Below, piece by piece: positions 43,663-57,094 of a stretch of 64,000 bases of DNA (positions are counted from its first letter, which is position 1; the number at the start of each line of letters is the position of its first letter). A model generated the notes under the pieces. It was not told the origin of the DNA. It was given only the letters and a program-made list of their open reading frames with translations, and did not search any database. Made by a program: the position numbers and the translations under genes. This stretch comes from Chrysomallon squamiferum (taxonomy: Eukaryota > Animalia > Mollusca), in the NCBI GenBank assembly GCA_012295275.1, contig CM022666.1, forward strand, positions 3,410,001 to 3,474,000. The letters are read 5' to 3'.

Positions 43663-43741
<79 letters not shown>

Positions 43742-44906
43742 TGTTGTTGTTGTTGTTGTAAACTTTCATCGTTTTAAATGTGTATACTTTCAGGTCAAGT
43801 AGTAGTAACAGCAGATACTCATCAAAAACTAAAAAATCAAAGAAGTCTAAAAGTAAGCACAAGAAACGATCAAGAAGCAGATCTCGAGACCGACGTTCAA
43901 GGAGGTCAAGGTCCATAAGTAGAAGTCGAAGGTCAAGGTCACTAAGCAGAGGTAGAAGATCGAAATCACTAAGCAGAGGTCGAAGGTCAAGAAGCAGGGA
44001 CAGAAGATCTAGAAGCCATGACATAACAGCCAGAAGTCGTGACCGTCGATACCGGTCAAGGTCACGCAGCTATGACAGACACAGCAGGAGAAGGTCAAGG
44101 TCAGATTCTCGAAATAGGTCACACAGGTCAAAGTCTAGGTCAAGGGAGAGAAGCAGAAGATCAAGTTCGAGGTAGACATTAGTTTCAGATCTGTAGAGTG
44201 ATACTTTTAGAAATAGTTCTTAAAAGATCATAACATTTGAAAATAAGGATTTAAAAAAGTTATTTTTAAGTAATTTACTAACTAATGATGAAGGTAGTTA
44301 TTTATAAACAAAGATGCATAACTAACTAATAATAATAATAATTTTTGACACTGTCATATCAGGACACCTGCATATAAAAAGAAACCGAGAGATTCATCCC
44401 AGAGTCCAGCTTCAAAATCAGAAAAGAAGTGAGTCAATTTTTTAAATTTATTTTTTTATTTTTTATTTTTAATTTACAGCTGAAATCTTCAAATTTAAGC
44501 TATATCTTATCTACAAACATAGTTATGGTCCAAATATGTTTAGCAGATTGGATGTTGTTTGTTTTTGGTGACCAGGTTTTGCAAAATTAAAAAAGTAATT
44601 TAAAAAAAACAAAACAACGAAAGGTGTTGTTACAAAACATTTAAAGAGTATTAGTTTTTTCTAATAATTAATTATTTCCCTTTGATATTTCAACAAGTAC
44701 ACTAATTACATTGAGTGTTATACAGTATGTATCTTATTTTTGTTTCAACAGAAAATTGATTCAAATATAAACTTTTTGATTAATTAATAGTCAGAAATAT
44801 ATTTATTATAATTGAGATTATTCGTCTGTGATTTACTTTAATAATACATTTTTTTGTAGAAGAGGAAATATATTGACTTCCATTATTATTATCACTATCA
44901 TTATCA

Positions 44907-44955
<49 letters not shown>

Positions 44956-47648
44956 CTTCTAGTTAATATTATTATAATTAATGACAAGTTAATTGTGTAT
45001 ATATATAAAAATGCACACGTGGATTTTTAAGATTATTTAGCTAATATTATATTTATTTTATTTATTTATTGTTTCTCCACAGTTCAGATAGTCAAACAAG
45101 CATTATTCCAGGCTTTGATGAGATGGTAAGTGAATGACAACAATCATAATTAATCATAACATAAAATAATTATACATATGATATAGACTGAAATAAAATT
45201 AATTCCAAACTTTCACAACTATATCTTAATATCAAGATATTTTCGAAAAATTCACTCATTCAGTAGATTGCCTTTCATATGTGTTTTGTTATCAGAAAAC
45301 TATAACACAGAAATATTTTATATCATCTAGATATTTCTCTGACAACACACACACACACACACACCGATATTTTCTTTTACACATACAAGCACCTTCTTTC
45401 AGCTGAATGCACACACATAAAGTTATCCCTTTTTCATATAAAATTGTATAAATATTTCATTCTCTAACAAACATGCTTGCTTTCATGTACACACACAAGA
45501 ACACACTACCACACATGCACACACACACACACATATGCACACAACTGATACATAATTAATGTTTTTGATTTTTGTAGACACCTTCAGAACAGGCCACTGC
45601 AAGAATGAGACTGGCATTAAAAGCAGCTGGTAATTATTGTTTTAAATATGTATGAAAGAAAGTCACTAATTTTATTTTAGCACTTGTACACAGATAAATA
45701 TGTACATACATACATAAATCATGCATATATCCAAACATACATACATATATACAATCACACATACACACAAGAAAATATATGAACAGACTACAGACACAAA
45801 CATATGTAAATACACATTTGAGTGCATAGATACAGCATAAAAATAAAAATTTGCATACACACATTCTACACATACACACTCAAACACACCTATACACCAT
45901 TATATATAAATATACACACAGACACACATCTACACATGTTGTTTATAAAATTGTGGTCCAAAGGAAACTTCTAAGATACTTATTTGTTATTTATTTAGAA
46001 ACAGTTAATCATATCTGATTACTATTAATCTCTGCAGCATAACATAATATTTTTTAAAAATATCTTTATATATGTAGCTGCTGCTGATGAAAAAATTCTG
46101 GGACACTCTCAAAGTTCCAAGACAAATTTCTCCGGTCTTCAGGACATGACGAAGTTTAATGATGCTGTAGAAGATATAGAGTCATCGTCATTTGAACCCA
46201 AGTCCTTCAAGTCCAGCAGATCCAGCAAAGTAAAGGTACTGAAGTAATATTTCTAATTTAATAATAGTATTTCTTTTTTAAATTTTGTTATTTTATTTTT
46301 TTTAGATTTATTTATTTATTATTTTATTTTATTTTATTTATTGTATTTTTTTGTTCATTCAGTATTTGTCTTTTGGTATTTTGTGTTAATCAACTAATAT
46401 TTATAATTAAGTATTTAAGACATTTGCATTTGTTATTAGCAGTTTTGTTTTAATTATATTATTCTTTTTATTATTTATCACTTCTGTCTTATTTTATGTT
46501 AGTAATAGTTTGTTTTAATACATTATTATTTGTGATTATCCCTTATGACTCAAGTTGAAAGCAGAGGACTGTTTGTTTTATTTCTCAAATTTACTATTTT
46601 TCTCAAAATTCAATTCTTTTAAAAAAAAACAAATAATAATAATTGTAGAAAATTATTTGATGGCATCGAGTATTAGAAAATAGATTTAAAAACAAAATAT
46701 TTAATTTTTATTATTATTTATCATTTTTAATATGGATGAATTTATATTCTCACTAGACCTATACTTGATTCATTTCACCTTTTTTCTTCTGACATATTAT
46801 TTGTCATTAAGAACCCGAATGTGATATCTTTAACTTACAGTTATTTTTTTATCTGATTTCAGACACAAGAAGAATTTACGACACATGATATGACGATATT
46901 TGGAGCAGGCAAGTTTGAAATTAGAACAGATCCTGCAGATAAAAAGAATTTTTTTGTGGAGCCAGAGAGTTATGCCCATCCAAATGTAAGTATATATGTA
47001 AATTTATACATCTCTCTCAGTTTCTTTGACATCCAGTATCTGTTACGTTTTTCCTGCTAAGGTGTCTTTAAACATTCATTCATTCAGTTATTCTCTCTCA
47101 GTCATATTATGTGTTGTGTATTTAGTAACTGACCTACCTCAGATAATTACATCTATCGTCTGTAGCCTCTCTGTGCTTTAAATTGCTTCAGCTGTTATTT
47201 AATAATTATTATTCATTTATTATTTATTTATTTCATTTGTACGGGGGTTTTTTTAAAATGATTTTTCAACTATTTTTTATGTTTTTTAATTTTTGAAAAT
47301 ATTTCTTGGATTATTTACGTATTTATTTATTTACTTATTTATATATTTATTTATTTATATATTTTTTATTTATTTACTTATTTATTTATTTATTTATTTA
47401 TTCATTTATTTTATTTATATTCATATTTATTTATTTATTTATTTTAATTTATTTATATATTTATTTATTTATTTATTTACATATTTATTTTTATATTTAT
47501 TTATTTATTTATTTATTTACATATTTATTTATTTATTTATTTATTTATTTTGTTCAAGCTTTACTGTGACCCTCAGGAAAAAATGGACAGATGGATTCAG
47601 AAACTGACTGCAATGAGGCGACGGAAAATTGAAGGTGAAGCCTATTAA
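43453..47648 (+). CDS. RSRC1: Arginine/serine-rich coiled-coil protein 1 (SRrp53), 8 coding exons, about 327 aa
   Basis: Exons 43453-43532, 43794-44171, 44363-44428, 45083-45125, 45578-45629, 46078-46229, 46863-46985, 47559-47648. Total 984 nt, phases consistent. MGRYSDSD start, an RS domain, then TPSEQATARMRLALKAAAAADEK, DIESSSFEPKSFKSSR and YAHPNLY...DRWIQKLTAMRRRKI, matching RSRC1 blocks as recalled. Confidence 0.9.
43650..43758. repeat. (AAT)n(AGT)n(GTT)n compound microsatellite in an RSRC1 intron
   Basis: Read directly. Confidence 0.9.
47310..47550. repeat. (ATTT)n degenerate microsatellite abutting the last RSRC1 acceptor
   Basis: Read directly. Confidence 0.85.
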
Positions 47649-47839
47649 CTTACAGACTAACAGATGGATGGAACATCTGATGGTTGAATAATATTCCAAA
47701 GGCCTGAAAACAGTAATCTGTTTATGCACATGGTGAAGTATAGAATGAGTTAAAACAGAAGATTATTTTGATAGAGTTCTACACCATTCTGGGCCAGATG
47801 GATGCACAAAAGAATAACAATATAAAAAAAACATTGTTG

Positions 47840-47845
47840 AATAAA
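47840..47845 (+). terminator. Candidate RSRC1 polyadenylation signal
   Basis: First AATAAA about 190 nt after the stop codon. Weak evidence in AT-rich DNA. Confidence 0.35.
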
Positions 47846-49304
47846 ATATACTGAAAATATACTGAATTACGTATCATTATTCACTTAATTTTATCTCATT
47901 TTTAAAAACAAATGAAAATAAAATAAAAAATGTTATAAAATAGAGTGAATAACAAGTCATGTTTTTTTTTTCTTTCTTTCTTTCATTTTTTTTTTTTTTT
48001 TTTTCAAGCTTTTGAGTTTGCTGTTTTTCAGTGTTCAGTGTTTCATTCTTCCAGTTGCTTTCCCACTTTAAATAAAAATTTAATAGTTATTTTCATCATT
48101 ATACTTTTTCACACAAAGAATGACTGAAACAACTTAAAAAAACAATATACAGCGTAAATCACTTCCCATTTTTAGTCCTGGATAAATCAAATTCGTCTGC
48201 ATTTTTTTACCATTGCAAACATACTCTCTATTTATATTTGTATTTCCTATTAAAGTAAACCTTAAGCTTACAGTTCCACCGTTTCGTAGATAGAGAGTTG
48301 CCTCCCGGTCGGATACGACTATTTACTTTAATGGATCATTAATCATAGCAAAGTGCATCAACAATCAGACTGCGGGTAGGGCATTATTGACTCAGTCTTT
48401 ATTGGCTTTTTGAACATGTTACTGCCTTGTGACGATTTTGTGACCGTACTAACAATATTGTGACAGGTTTGTAAGTAATAAAAACAAACATCTGTCATAA
48501 TCAAAGCTGTCAAATACGTTTTTCTGGAATAATGTATGTCATAACAAATGAGGATTATTTATTTTACTGAATAAACAATTTTCAAAATAAACGATTACTT
48601 TTTATTATTAAAAATACTGATATAGTTATGAAAATTATTATTTTTATTGTTGTCTTTGTTTTTATTTTACTTTTTATCTTTATTGTTTTGGGTTTTTTAT
48701 CATTTTTATTTTTTACTTTTGTCATTTATTTCTTTTTAATAAATAAATGAATAAACGATAACAATGTTAGTAACAATAATTAAAAAACAAAACAAGACTA
48801 ATAAAAGATTATGCTCTTAATAAATAGAACAAATACTATTAATATTTTACGACTTATACTACTACTACTACTACTACTACTATTACTATTACTACTAATA
48901 ATAGAAATAATAAAAATAATAATAATAAAAAGTTTTTGAACATTAATTCATTTTCATTCTGATATTAGTAAAAAAAAAAAAAAAAACAATTCTAAGGAAA
49001 AACGTACTGTAAAACTAAAATATTTCACATAAAAAAAAAACATATTCGTTTTATGACTTTAGCAGAGGAATACATTTTTAAAATCCATAAACCTGCCATA
49101 TTTTATTTTATGGAGCATCCAGAGTTTCTAAAAGCATGTGGTTTACATGAATTAAATTTTACAATAAAAATAATTTCCATAGTTTCCATGCTTCATCGAA
49201 CACAGAACGAAATTTTATTCATCTTTGTTTTTGATGTATTTAAAGTGCTTACTTCTTCATGCTAAGTTTGATGAAACTGTTTAGTTAAAATTGTTAAATG
49301 TATT

Positions 49305-49340
<36 letters not shown>

Positions 49341-49418
49341 TATTTAATTTGTTCATTTGTTTGTTCATCTATTACAGTTTGTAATTTATTAACTCGTTTA
49401 AATTATGTTCACGTTTCC

Positions 49419-49522
<104 letters not shown>

Positions 49523-49765
49523 TCAACTGATTCACGGTAGCTAAACCACTGAACTGTTTAAGCCTAGAAAAAACTTTTATTTCAACTATTGCTACTAATA
49601 ATTTGTATTTATTAATATGATTAATATTCTAATAAGTTTTCTCTGACGAAACCAGTTTTAATTTCTCTTTTTTTCTTTCTTTTTACATCATGTATAAAAA
49701 AAAAAAAAAATTTATTAAAAAAAAAAACATTTAAAAATAGGTGAATTTATTAAATTTTTTCTTCT

Positions 49766-52700
49766 TTACAAATGACACACACCCTCGGAATCACTGACAT
49801 AGTTGTACTGCATTTGAAACGTCGATTCAGTTGTCATCCAAACGTTATCTCGCCATTTCAAAAACGCTACCAGCTTATCACGGAACCACCGATCAGAGTC
49901 TCGCAGATACACGTGAGATTCGAGATATTTCGAGATCTCCTCGTCCAGGACTTCCGGCTCCGGATCCTGCCGAATCAGGAGTCCGACGAGAAACGTCGAT
50001 TCTTTGATCTGACGTTCGTAAGCGAAGCGAAACGCGAAGAGAAGCCACTCATCGCGTGCACTAGCTTCAGACAGAATTATGACCGTCCTGAAACTGCCCT
50101 GAACTGCATTGAGAATGTTCTCCTGAACAGCTGCGCCAGGAACGAAGTTCCTGTCTGCCAGGATGCAGTGGTAGCCCATTTGTTCGTACGGAACGACGAT
50201 GTTGTCCATCGTGAAGCGAAAGTCTGCGTCAGAGTACCAAACAAAAATACTGGACTGAGATCCAGTGCTTCGACTGGAAACCGACGATGGACTGTTTAGA
50301 GTAGAAAACTGGCCGCCATTTTGATGATGACTAGAAATAGGACTTCCATTTTTCTGGTGACTAGAAATAAAATTTCCGTTTCTCAGTTTATCTAAAACTG
50401 GACTATCATTTCGCCAGTGGCTAGAGACGAGATTTTCATTTTGACTACCAAAATTTTTGATTTGTCCGTTCTGCCTAAGGTCAGCCGTTGCTGAAACAGA
50501 AAGTGGAATGACTGTGTACAGACTGTTGTCCATCTGCAGTTTGTGTTTTTGAGGTAAATAATATAAAATCCGTGTCAAAAAATTATTTTCTTGAGTTTGT
50601 ACGAAACGTTTTGCTTTAATGTACTTCTGCAATGGTTTATTTTTGACTGTCTTTGGCGAACAGTTATGAACCACGGGTAAAAAGTAGTTGGCTTTCTGGT
50701 CTCGCTGCTTGACAAGAGCCGCCTCTAGAGCCATTCTCGCTAACGCTTCCCCTTCCGAATCGTCTGTGGTGATATATATGATCCTTTTGCTGCTTTCAAC
50801 AGCATGAGAAATGTTTCCTGCGAAGGAGACCCCTAGCCTTGAATCACGATGCATGTCAAATAATTTGAACCGGTGAAACGTTTCGAGTGGCTCCGTGATG
50901 TTGCTCTGTACCCAGTCGACCAGAGAACGCTCGTAGAAAACAAACACGTCGAACTTACAGGAATGGTGAACGTCTTTTTTGTCGAACGGGTGCAGGCCCG
51001 TTTGAACAAACAACCAAACCTTGAAGTTCTGCCACATAACGAACAAAATTAAACCCAACGTGAGCAGCAGCAGCACAAAAAATGTGGGAATCACTATTGG
51101 AAGAATGAAAGCTTCTAAAGAAATCTCGCATACGAAATCTTCGTCTGGAACCAGCGAGACGTGTTTGCCTTCATCACTCACTGAATTAACACACTTAATA
51201 TTTTCTGTATCCAGGATGAACTGATTATTAATCAAGATCCATTTCTTCATCCAGAGAGCATGGCAGTCACATTTGAATGGATTGCCTCCTATTTTGAGAC
51301 TAGTTAATTTGAGATGCTTCATAAAAGACGGCACAGATGCGAGTAGATTGTCATCCAGATGCAGTGTCCGCAAAGACAAGAATTCCTTGAGAACGTGATG
51401 ACGTACACGATGCACTGAATTTCTACTTAGTAAGAGTGACAAGATATCCTTATTGTGCCTACCTGCATCGACGTTTTCTATCTCGTTGTCTTGTAGCCAC
51501 AGTTCCAGCTTTCCTGAAGGGAGATTTTCCGGGATGGTACGCAAACCCTTCTGGCGACAGTCGACAATAACTGTCTTGACTACAGATCGCTGGAAACATT
51601 TACACCTGTACGGGCAATTTATCGTCCTGATTTCACAATACGTTTCTTCTGGAAGCACACTGAACATTTTCCTGCCTTCGAGATCTTTAGGGTATTTACA
51701 GATCCAGCCTTCAAACATGTACTCTCTGCCTGTCAGTGAGTTATTGGCTTTCAAATCTTTTACAGCATACGTCAGATTAAGGATGTTGCAGTCACAAGTT
51801 ATTGGATTGTTATCCAGGATTATTTTAAAATGCTTGAGGATCAGACTGAGTCTCAAGTACGAACCAAGACCGGTGACCCAGAACACAAATGATTTTATCT
51901 GGCTTCCTGAAAGGTCGAGGATTCTAGGTTCGCCAGTGATTTCTTTTAATTTTGTAGTGCCCGTGCTGAGTGAATCTGCCAAACTTGCCACTAAGTCATT
52001 CCAGCTCAGATCTTTTTCCAGTCTGACGAAATCGATCTCAGAAATTGAAGTGTTCGTCAAATACGCTTTTTGCAAACCACGAAGAAGAATGACAGATTCT
52101 GGAAACTGCTGAATGGGATTGTTGTGGAGGTTGATGACTCTAAGATGAGTGTTGATGCCCTTAAAAGCTGACTGGTTAATGTAACGAATGTTGTTGTTCT
52201 GCAGATAAAGCAAATCCAGTTTAAGAAGACCGTAGAAGATTCCATTCTGCAAAGATGTAATACTGTTGTTGGCCAAATTGAGTGACGTAAGCTCACGGAT
52301 TGATGAAAATGTATCACTTTCAAATTCAGAAAGATTATTTCCCTGAAGATCCAGTTTTCGAAGCCTGGGAAGAGAGTGAAAAATGCCCGAAGGTAATGAA
52401 TTCAGTTTATTTTCAGAAAGCTCCAAATACTGAAGCTTTTCGACGTTCGAGAACACATCGGCTGGAAGTTCCGCTAAATTACAGCCAGAAAGAGACAGCT
52501 TGTCAATCCAGCCATGGAATCGAAAATCTGTCAAATTTAGATACGGATTGTAACTGAGTTTTAATTCCCGCACGTACACATTTGCAGGAATGTCAATAGC
52601 ATTGAAATATGTATAATGACTCTGCAAAATGTTATTTCTTGATAGATTTCTGGGCAAATTTACCCTGTGGCTATTCCACGGAAAATACGGCGGTCTTGTG

Positions 52701-53344
52701 AAATTGTTGTACGTTAAATCCAGACACTGGAGTCTGGGCATCAGCGTGGAAAAGTTGTCGATGGAGGTCATGGATACATTCTGAAGGATCACCTCTACAA
52801 CATCGCGAGCATCACAACGTAATATGTCAAATATATCTGGCGGACTGCCGTGGGTGTTTATGACACTGAAGGAGCCCACCTCAGCCAAACTCGAACAGTT
52901 TGTTCTGGATGCGTTTACAACCAAGTCACCCAGATGCAGCACAGACACAACTTTAATATCCAGGAGTGCGGAAAGTCTTTCAATATCGTCCATAAACATA
53001 CGGCAGTGCGTTTGTATGTATGTTATGGTATTGGGCAGAGGTGACATTGATCCAGGAACCAAGCGAACCGTCATGGGAACCGTACAGACGAAAGCAATGA
53101 CGAGATTTCTCAGATCCGTTTCGTTGACTTGTGATCGGAGGATGGCGTCTTCTTCCAAGACGCAAACGCTGGTGGCGTTTTTATTACACGGGGTTATTCT
53201 CACCTGGAGTAGTTTGTTATCAAGTTCGCGTCCCTGAACCGTGAACAGACCGAAGATATTCTGGTTGACAATTTCTACACAGCACTTTTGAGAAACAGTC
53301 TCGCCGATCAAAATCGTAACCATCGATAACACATACGACCACAT
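49766..53344 (-). CDS. Toll-like receptor, multiple-cysteine-cluster type, with twin TIR domains; intronless 1192-aa ORF
   Basis: In order: signal-peptide-like N-terminus, LxxLxLxxN LRRs, LRRCT NPITCDC, internal LRRNT CPYRCKC, more LRRs, LRRCT NPFKCDC, a TM segment FILPIVIPTFFVLLLLTLGLILFVMW, TIR1 (FDVFVFY...HRDSRLG...AVESSKRII) and TIR2 (IFVWYS...DRNFVPG...AVQGSFRTVIILS...W). Confidence 0.95.
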   Translation of the reverse strand: MWSYVLSMVTILIGETVSQKCCVEIVNQNIFGLFTVQGRELDNKLLQVRITPCNKNATSVCVLEEDAILRSQVNETDLRNLVIAFVCTVPMTVRLVPGSMSPLPNTITYIQTHCRMFMDDIERLSALLDIKVVSVLHLGDLVVNASRTNCSSLAEVGSFSVINTHGSPPDIFDILRCDARDVVEVILQNVSMTSIDNFSTLMPRLQCLDLTYNNFTRPPYFPWNSHRVNLPRNLSRNNILQSHYTYFNAIDIPANVYVRELKLSYNPYLNLTDFRFHGWIDKLSLSGCNLAELPADVFSNVEKLQYLELSENKLNSLPSGIFHSLPRLRKLDLQGNNLSEFESDTFSSIRELTSLNLANNSITSLQNGIFYGLLKLDLLYLQNNNIRYINQSAFKGINTHLRVINLHNNPIQQFPESVILLRGLQKAYLTNTSISEIDFVRLEKDLSWNDLVASLADSLSTGTTKLKEITGEPRILDLSGSQIKSFVFWVTGLGSYLRLSLILKHFKIILDNNPITCDCNILNLTYAVKDLKANNSLTGREYMFEGWICKYPKDLEGRKMFSVLPEETYCEIRTINCPYRCKCFQRSVVKTVIVDCRQKGLRTIPENLPSGKLELWLQDNEIENVDAGRHNKDILSLLLSRNSVHRVRHHVLKEFLSLRTLHLDDNLLASVPSFMKHLKLTSLKIGGNPFKCDCHALWMKKWILINNQFILDTENIKCVNSVSDEGKHVSLVPDEDFVCEISLEAFILPIVIPTFFVLLLLTLGLILFVMWQNFKVWLFVQTGLHPFDKKDVHHSCKFDVFVFYERSLVDWVQSNITEPLETFHRFKLFDMHRDSRLGVSFAGNISHAVESSKRIIYITTDDSEGEALARMALEAALVKQRDQKANYFLPVVHNCSPKTVKNKPLQKYIKAKRFVQTQENNFLTRILYYLPQKHKLQMDNSLYTVIPLSVSATADLRQNGQIKNFGSQNENLVSSHWRNDSPVLDKLRNGNFISSHQKNGSPISSHHQNGGQFSTLNSPSSVSSRSTGSQSSIFVWYSDADFRFTMDNIVVPYEQMGYHCILADRNFVPGAAVQENILNAVQGSFRTVIILSEASARDEWLLFAFRFAYERQIKESTFLVGLLIRQDPEPEVLDEEISKYLESHVYLRDSDRWFRDKLVAFLKWRDNVWMTTESTFQMQYNYVSDSEGVCHL

Positions 53345-54343
53345 ACCGTGGGCTTGGAATGTAGTTTTTCTGTTCCAACAGAAGATACCAGGATTTTTTT
53401 TTTTTTTTTTTTTTATCTTTTCTTTTGCTTTACTTTTTGTTCTCCGTTCTGTTATTGTTTATCTCTTTCCTTTTCTTGTCACTTTTATTCTTTTATTTTT
53501 TTTTAGTAAATAATATTCTTTATAATATTTTTTCAAAAAGCCTTTGAAACGAGCATAACCCTTCGTAACGAGAGTATCGTTAGGAACGAGAATCCGCGAT
53601 ATTAAAACAATATCGATATATTTCATTAGAAAAGATTATTATCACATTTATATTTTGTAATACTGCAGATTTTTTTTTTTTTTTTTAATGATTATAAAAT
53701 ACTGTTCATTCTCTTAGTTATATCTGCACCTTGTTTCAAGTAAAGTCCATGTTTTCTTTTCCTGTGCCAAGGGCTTGGAGTGAATGCAAATGGGAAAGAA
53801 TCCATTCACACCACATTAAGGTATTTGTTCTCGTTGTAACGTTTAAACAGAAGATGGTTCATACTTGATGTATTCCATTTTCAGGGCTGCAGTCTCTTAC
53901 GACTCTGAAATAAAAATCAGAAAATAGATTTTTTTATCAAAAAAAAATCTTCAATCAGTTTCTTAAAACTTTAACTTTTTATAAAAGGAAGGAAATGAAA
54001 AAAAAAAAAAAAAGAAAGAAAGAAAGAAAAAATAATGTTTCCGACGGACCATTGTCCATCTCATTCACTTAACAGAAAGTTTATAATCAGGAACTACTGA
54101 AAACTGTTTCGCAGAAATGGATTGGCAATTCATATGTTATAGAATACAGAGAGAGAGAGACTGTGTTAGTAACATACAGCCAAGTTAGATTTTTGCGTTA
54201 ATAAAAAGAAGAAGAAGAAGAAGAAGAAGAAGACAAAGAAGAAGAAGAAGAAAAATGTATGTAAAAATAATCCTTTGCCAGATTTGGAGAGTGAAAGAGA
54301 GTGACAAATCAGATTTAAAGGTAAATAAAACGTATGCTATCGA

Positions 54344-54425
54344 GCTGTGATGGCCGAGTGGTTAAGGCGTTGGACTCGAAATCCAATGGGATCTTCCCGC
54401 GTAGGTTCAAATCCTACTCACAGCG
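54344..54425 (+). tRNA. TRNAS-CGA: tRNA-Ser (anticodon CGA)
   Basis: 82 nt, GCTGTGATGGCCGAGTGGTTAAGGCGTTGGACTCGAAATCCAA...CACAGCG. Acceptor stem GCTGTGA/TCACAGC, anticodon stem TTGGA/TCCAA, long variable arm, A and B boxes, and TTTT shortly downstream. Confidence 0.96.
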
Positions 54426-56420
54426 GCTGCATTTTGTTATTATTGATTGTCACGCAGCTTATCTCTGCAATATATCCAACTTTAATATAACAAGTTTGCA
54501 TTAATAAATAATGACTGTAACTAACCACCAAGACAACTATACTAAAGTGAAAAAAAAAAAAGAAAAAAAAAAAGAATAATATTATTAATAACACAAATGT
54601 TGTTATTAATAAAATTTCTGAACTAAGATATTTCACATTCACAATAAACTGACTGTGAAACTGAAATTATATGTCGTTATACTGTTTCAGTATTCACTGT
54701 CATACATTGACAGATACACTGATAGATGGTCAGACACAGGACAATGAAAACATATGACCTGACAAAACAACAACGCGAGACTGGCAGAAAAATGACTCCG
54801 GGGTAATTCGGCAGTAACAGCAAACTGATTTCTGATTGGTGCGAAATGATAGCGTTCATTATTCCAGTAATTTTATCTATGAGATTTAACAGCATAGGCG
54901 TTAATAAATTAATGTGTTTTCTCTTTGGTTAATAAGTAATATTTATCTGTTTCATTCTGTTTCATTATTAACATGTTTGTATTTTTTATATATATTTTAA
55001 AATGCCTATTGCTGATAATCTCTGTGCCTGTCTATATATTCTTATATTTAACCATACATACAACTTCAGTTCTTATTTTTGTCCAATCTCTCTATCTATC
55101 TATCCTAATTTCTATATATTCTTCTATTCTTCTTTCTATCCACACATCTATATATCTATCTTACTATCTATTGTCTTATATATATACACACACACACACA
55201 TACATATACATACATCAGGGATATGTAAATCTGTCTATGTATATATCTGTATATCTATCTATCTGTCTACTTACAATCTATTTATCCTTCCATTAACATA
55301 TATGTCTAAGTTAGCTTTTAACTATCTACATATTTTTATTCGTTAATAATAGGATTATGGAGACATGAAATATGACGATACTTATCCATACGCATGTTCA
55401 TATATGGACAAACAGACGGACGTCTGTACTGACAAATGGACAGACACCCGTGCGTACGTATGATAAAACTTGAGAAGACAAGGCGAAAGAAAAACGAAGT
55501 CCATTTGTCGTCAGGACATTTGAACTAGGAACCATCTGTGATGCTGTTAATTGTCTCCGCCACATTTTCATGACAGCATGACGTCAGACAATTAATACAT
55601 TCTGTCACCAGTTTTCAAGGCTAATACCACCTATTGTTTCATAAATCTGTTTCGTCATGAAACAGCATTATCTTTCCCTAACTACACCTCTGTATGTATA
55701 TGAGTATTAGTGTAAGATTATATCGCCTGCGTGTCTGTGTATGTTTGTTTTTATTTAGGAATGAACATTCTCTGTACGTCTGATTATACTCTGCACATAA
55801 ACAAATATTCGGAATAGCACAGTCACGACCTCGAAAATGTCTAAAGAGACTTGAACTTATGGCACCCATTCGCCCGCACTTCGTAAGCGGACAAACAATA
55901 CGACTCAGTCATCAAGCCCTGTGTATCAGTCTGTATTGTACATGTATATACGTGTATATATAGACATCTATATCATGCAGCTACAATCAGGAAGTTTTTG
56001 TCTATAAAGAATAATGACTCTGCATTTTTGTTCTTGGTCTCTGCTTTTAGCCAATCGTTGACCTGCTGGGTTTTTTTTCTTCCTCGGCCATATGCCAGGC
56101 ACATTGTACGTCCGCGTTCAAATATCTACACAATAGCAAAACCGAGATTTCTTGGAATTGGTTTTGAAAAAGGAAGACGACTACATCACATCCTGGTTTT
56201 AGAAAATTTTAGAGGGGGACTGAGAGTGGTGGATTTCTGTCTGTCTCTCTCTCTGTCGCTCACGCTGTCTCTGTCTGTCTCTCTTTTTCTCTCGCTGTGT
56301 GTGTGTGTGTGTGTGTGTGTGTCTGTGCGTGTCTGTGTGTTTATTTAAAATTGAATTTTGTCTTATTATTTTTCTGTAAGTACATCTATTTTTCTATCTG
56401 TTCGTATTTGTATCTACCTA

Positions 56421-56452
<32 letters not shown>

Positions 56453-56734
56453 TCTATTATTTTATTTTTATATTATTACAATTATTATTTTTATTATTAT
56501 TATTATTATTTATTTATTAATCTCATTATATTATTATGCGCTTATTTACTCGAAACTGTCATATTCATTTTGTTTCGGAAAAGCTGGCGTAAATCAAAGG
56601 ATTTAAAGTTCATTCATGTAATGAGTTTTCACAAATAGGAGAGTTCCGAAAAGGGATATAATGAGTTACAGTGTTAAAGTTGACACATGACTAAGCGATA
56701 ACAACACATGAAAGAGATATTGAATATCTGCCAG

Positions 56735-57094
<360 letters not shown>

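Noticed and set aside
49772-53237. Several 60-219 aa plus-strand ORFs
   Set aside because: Antisense shadows of the TLR coding sequence.
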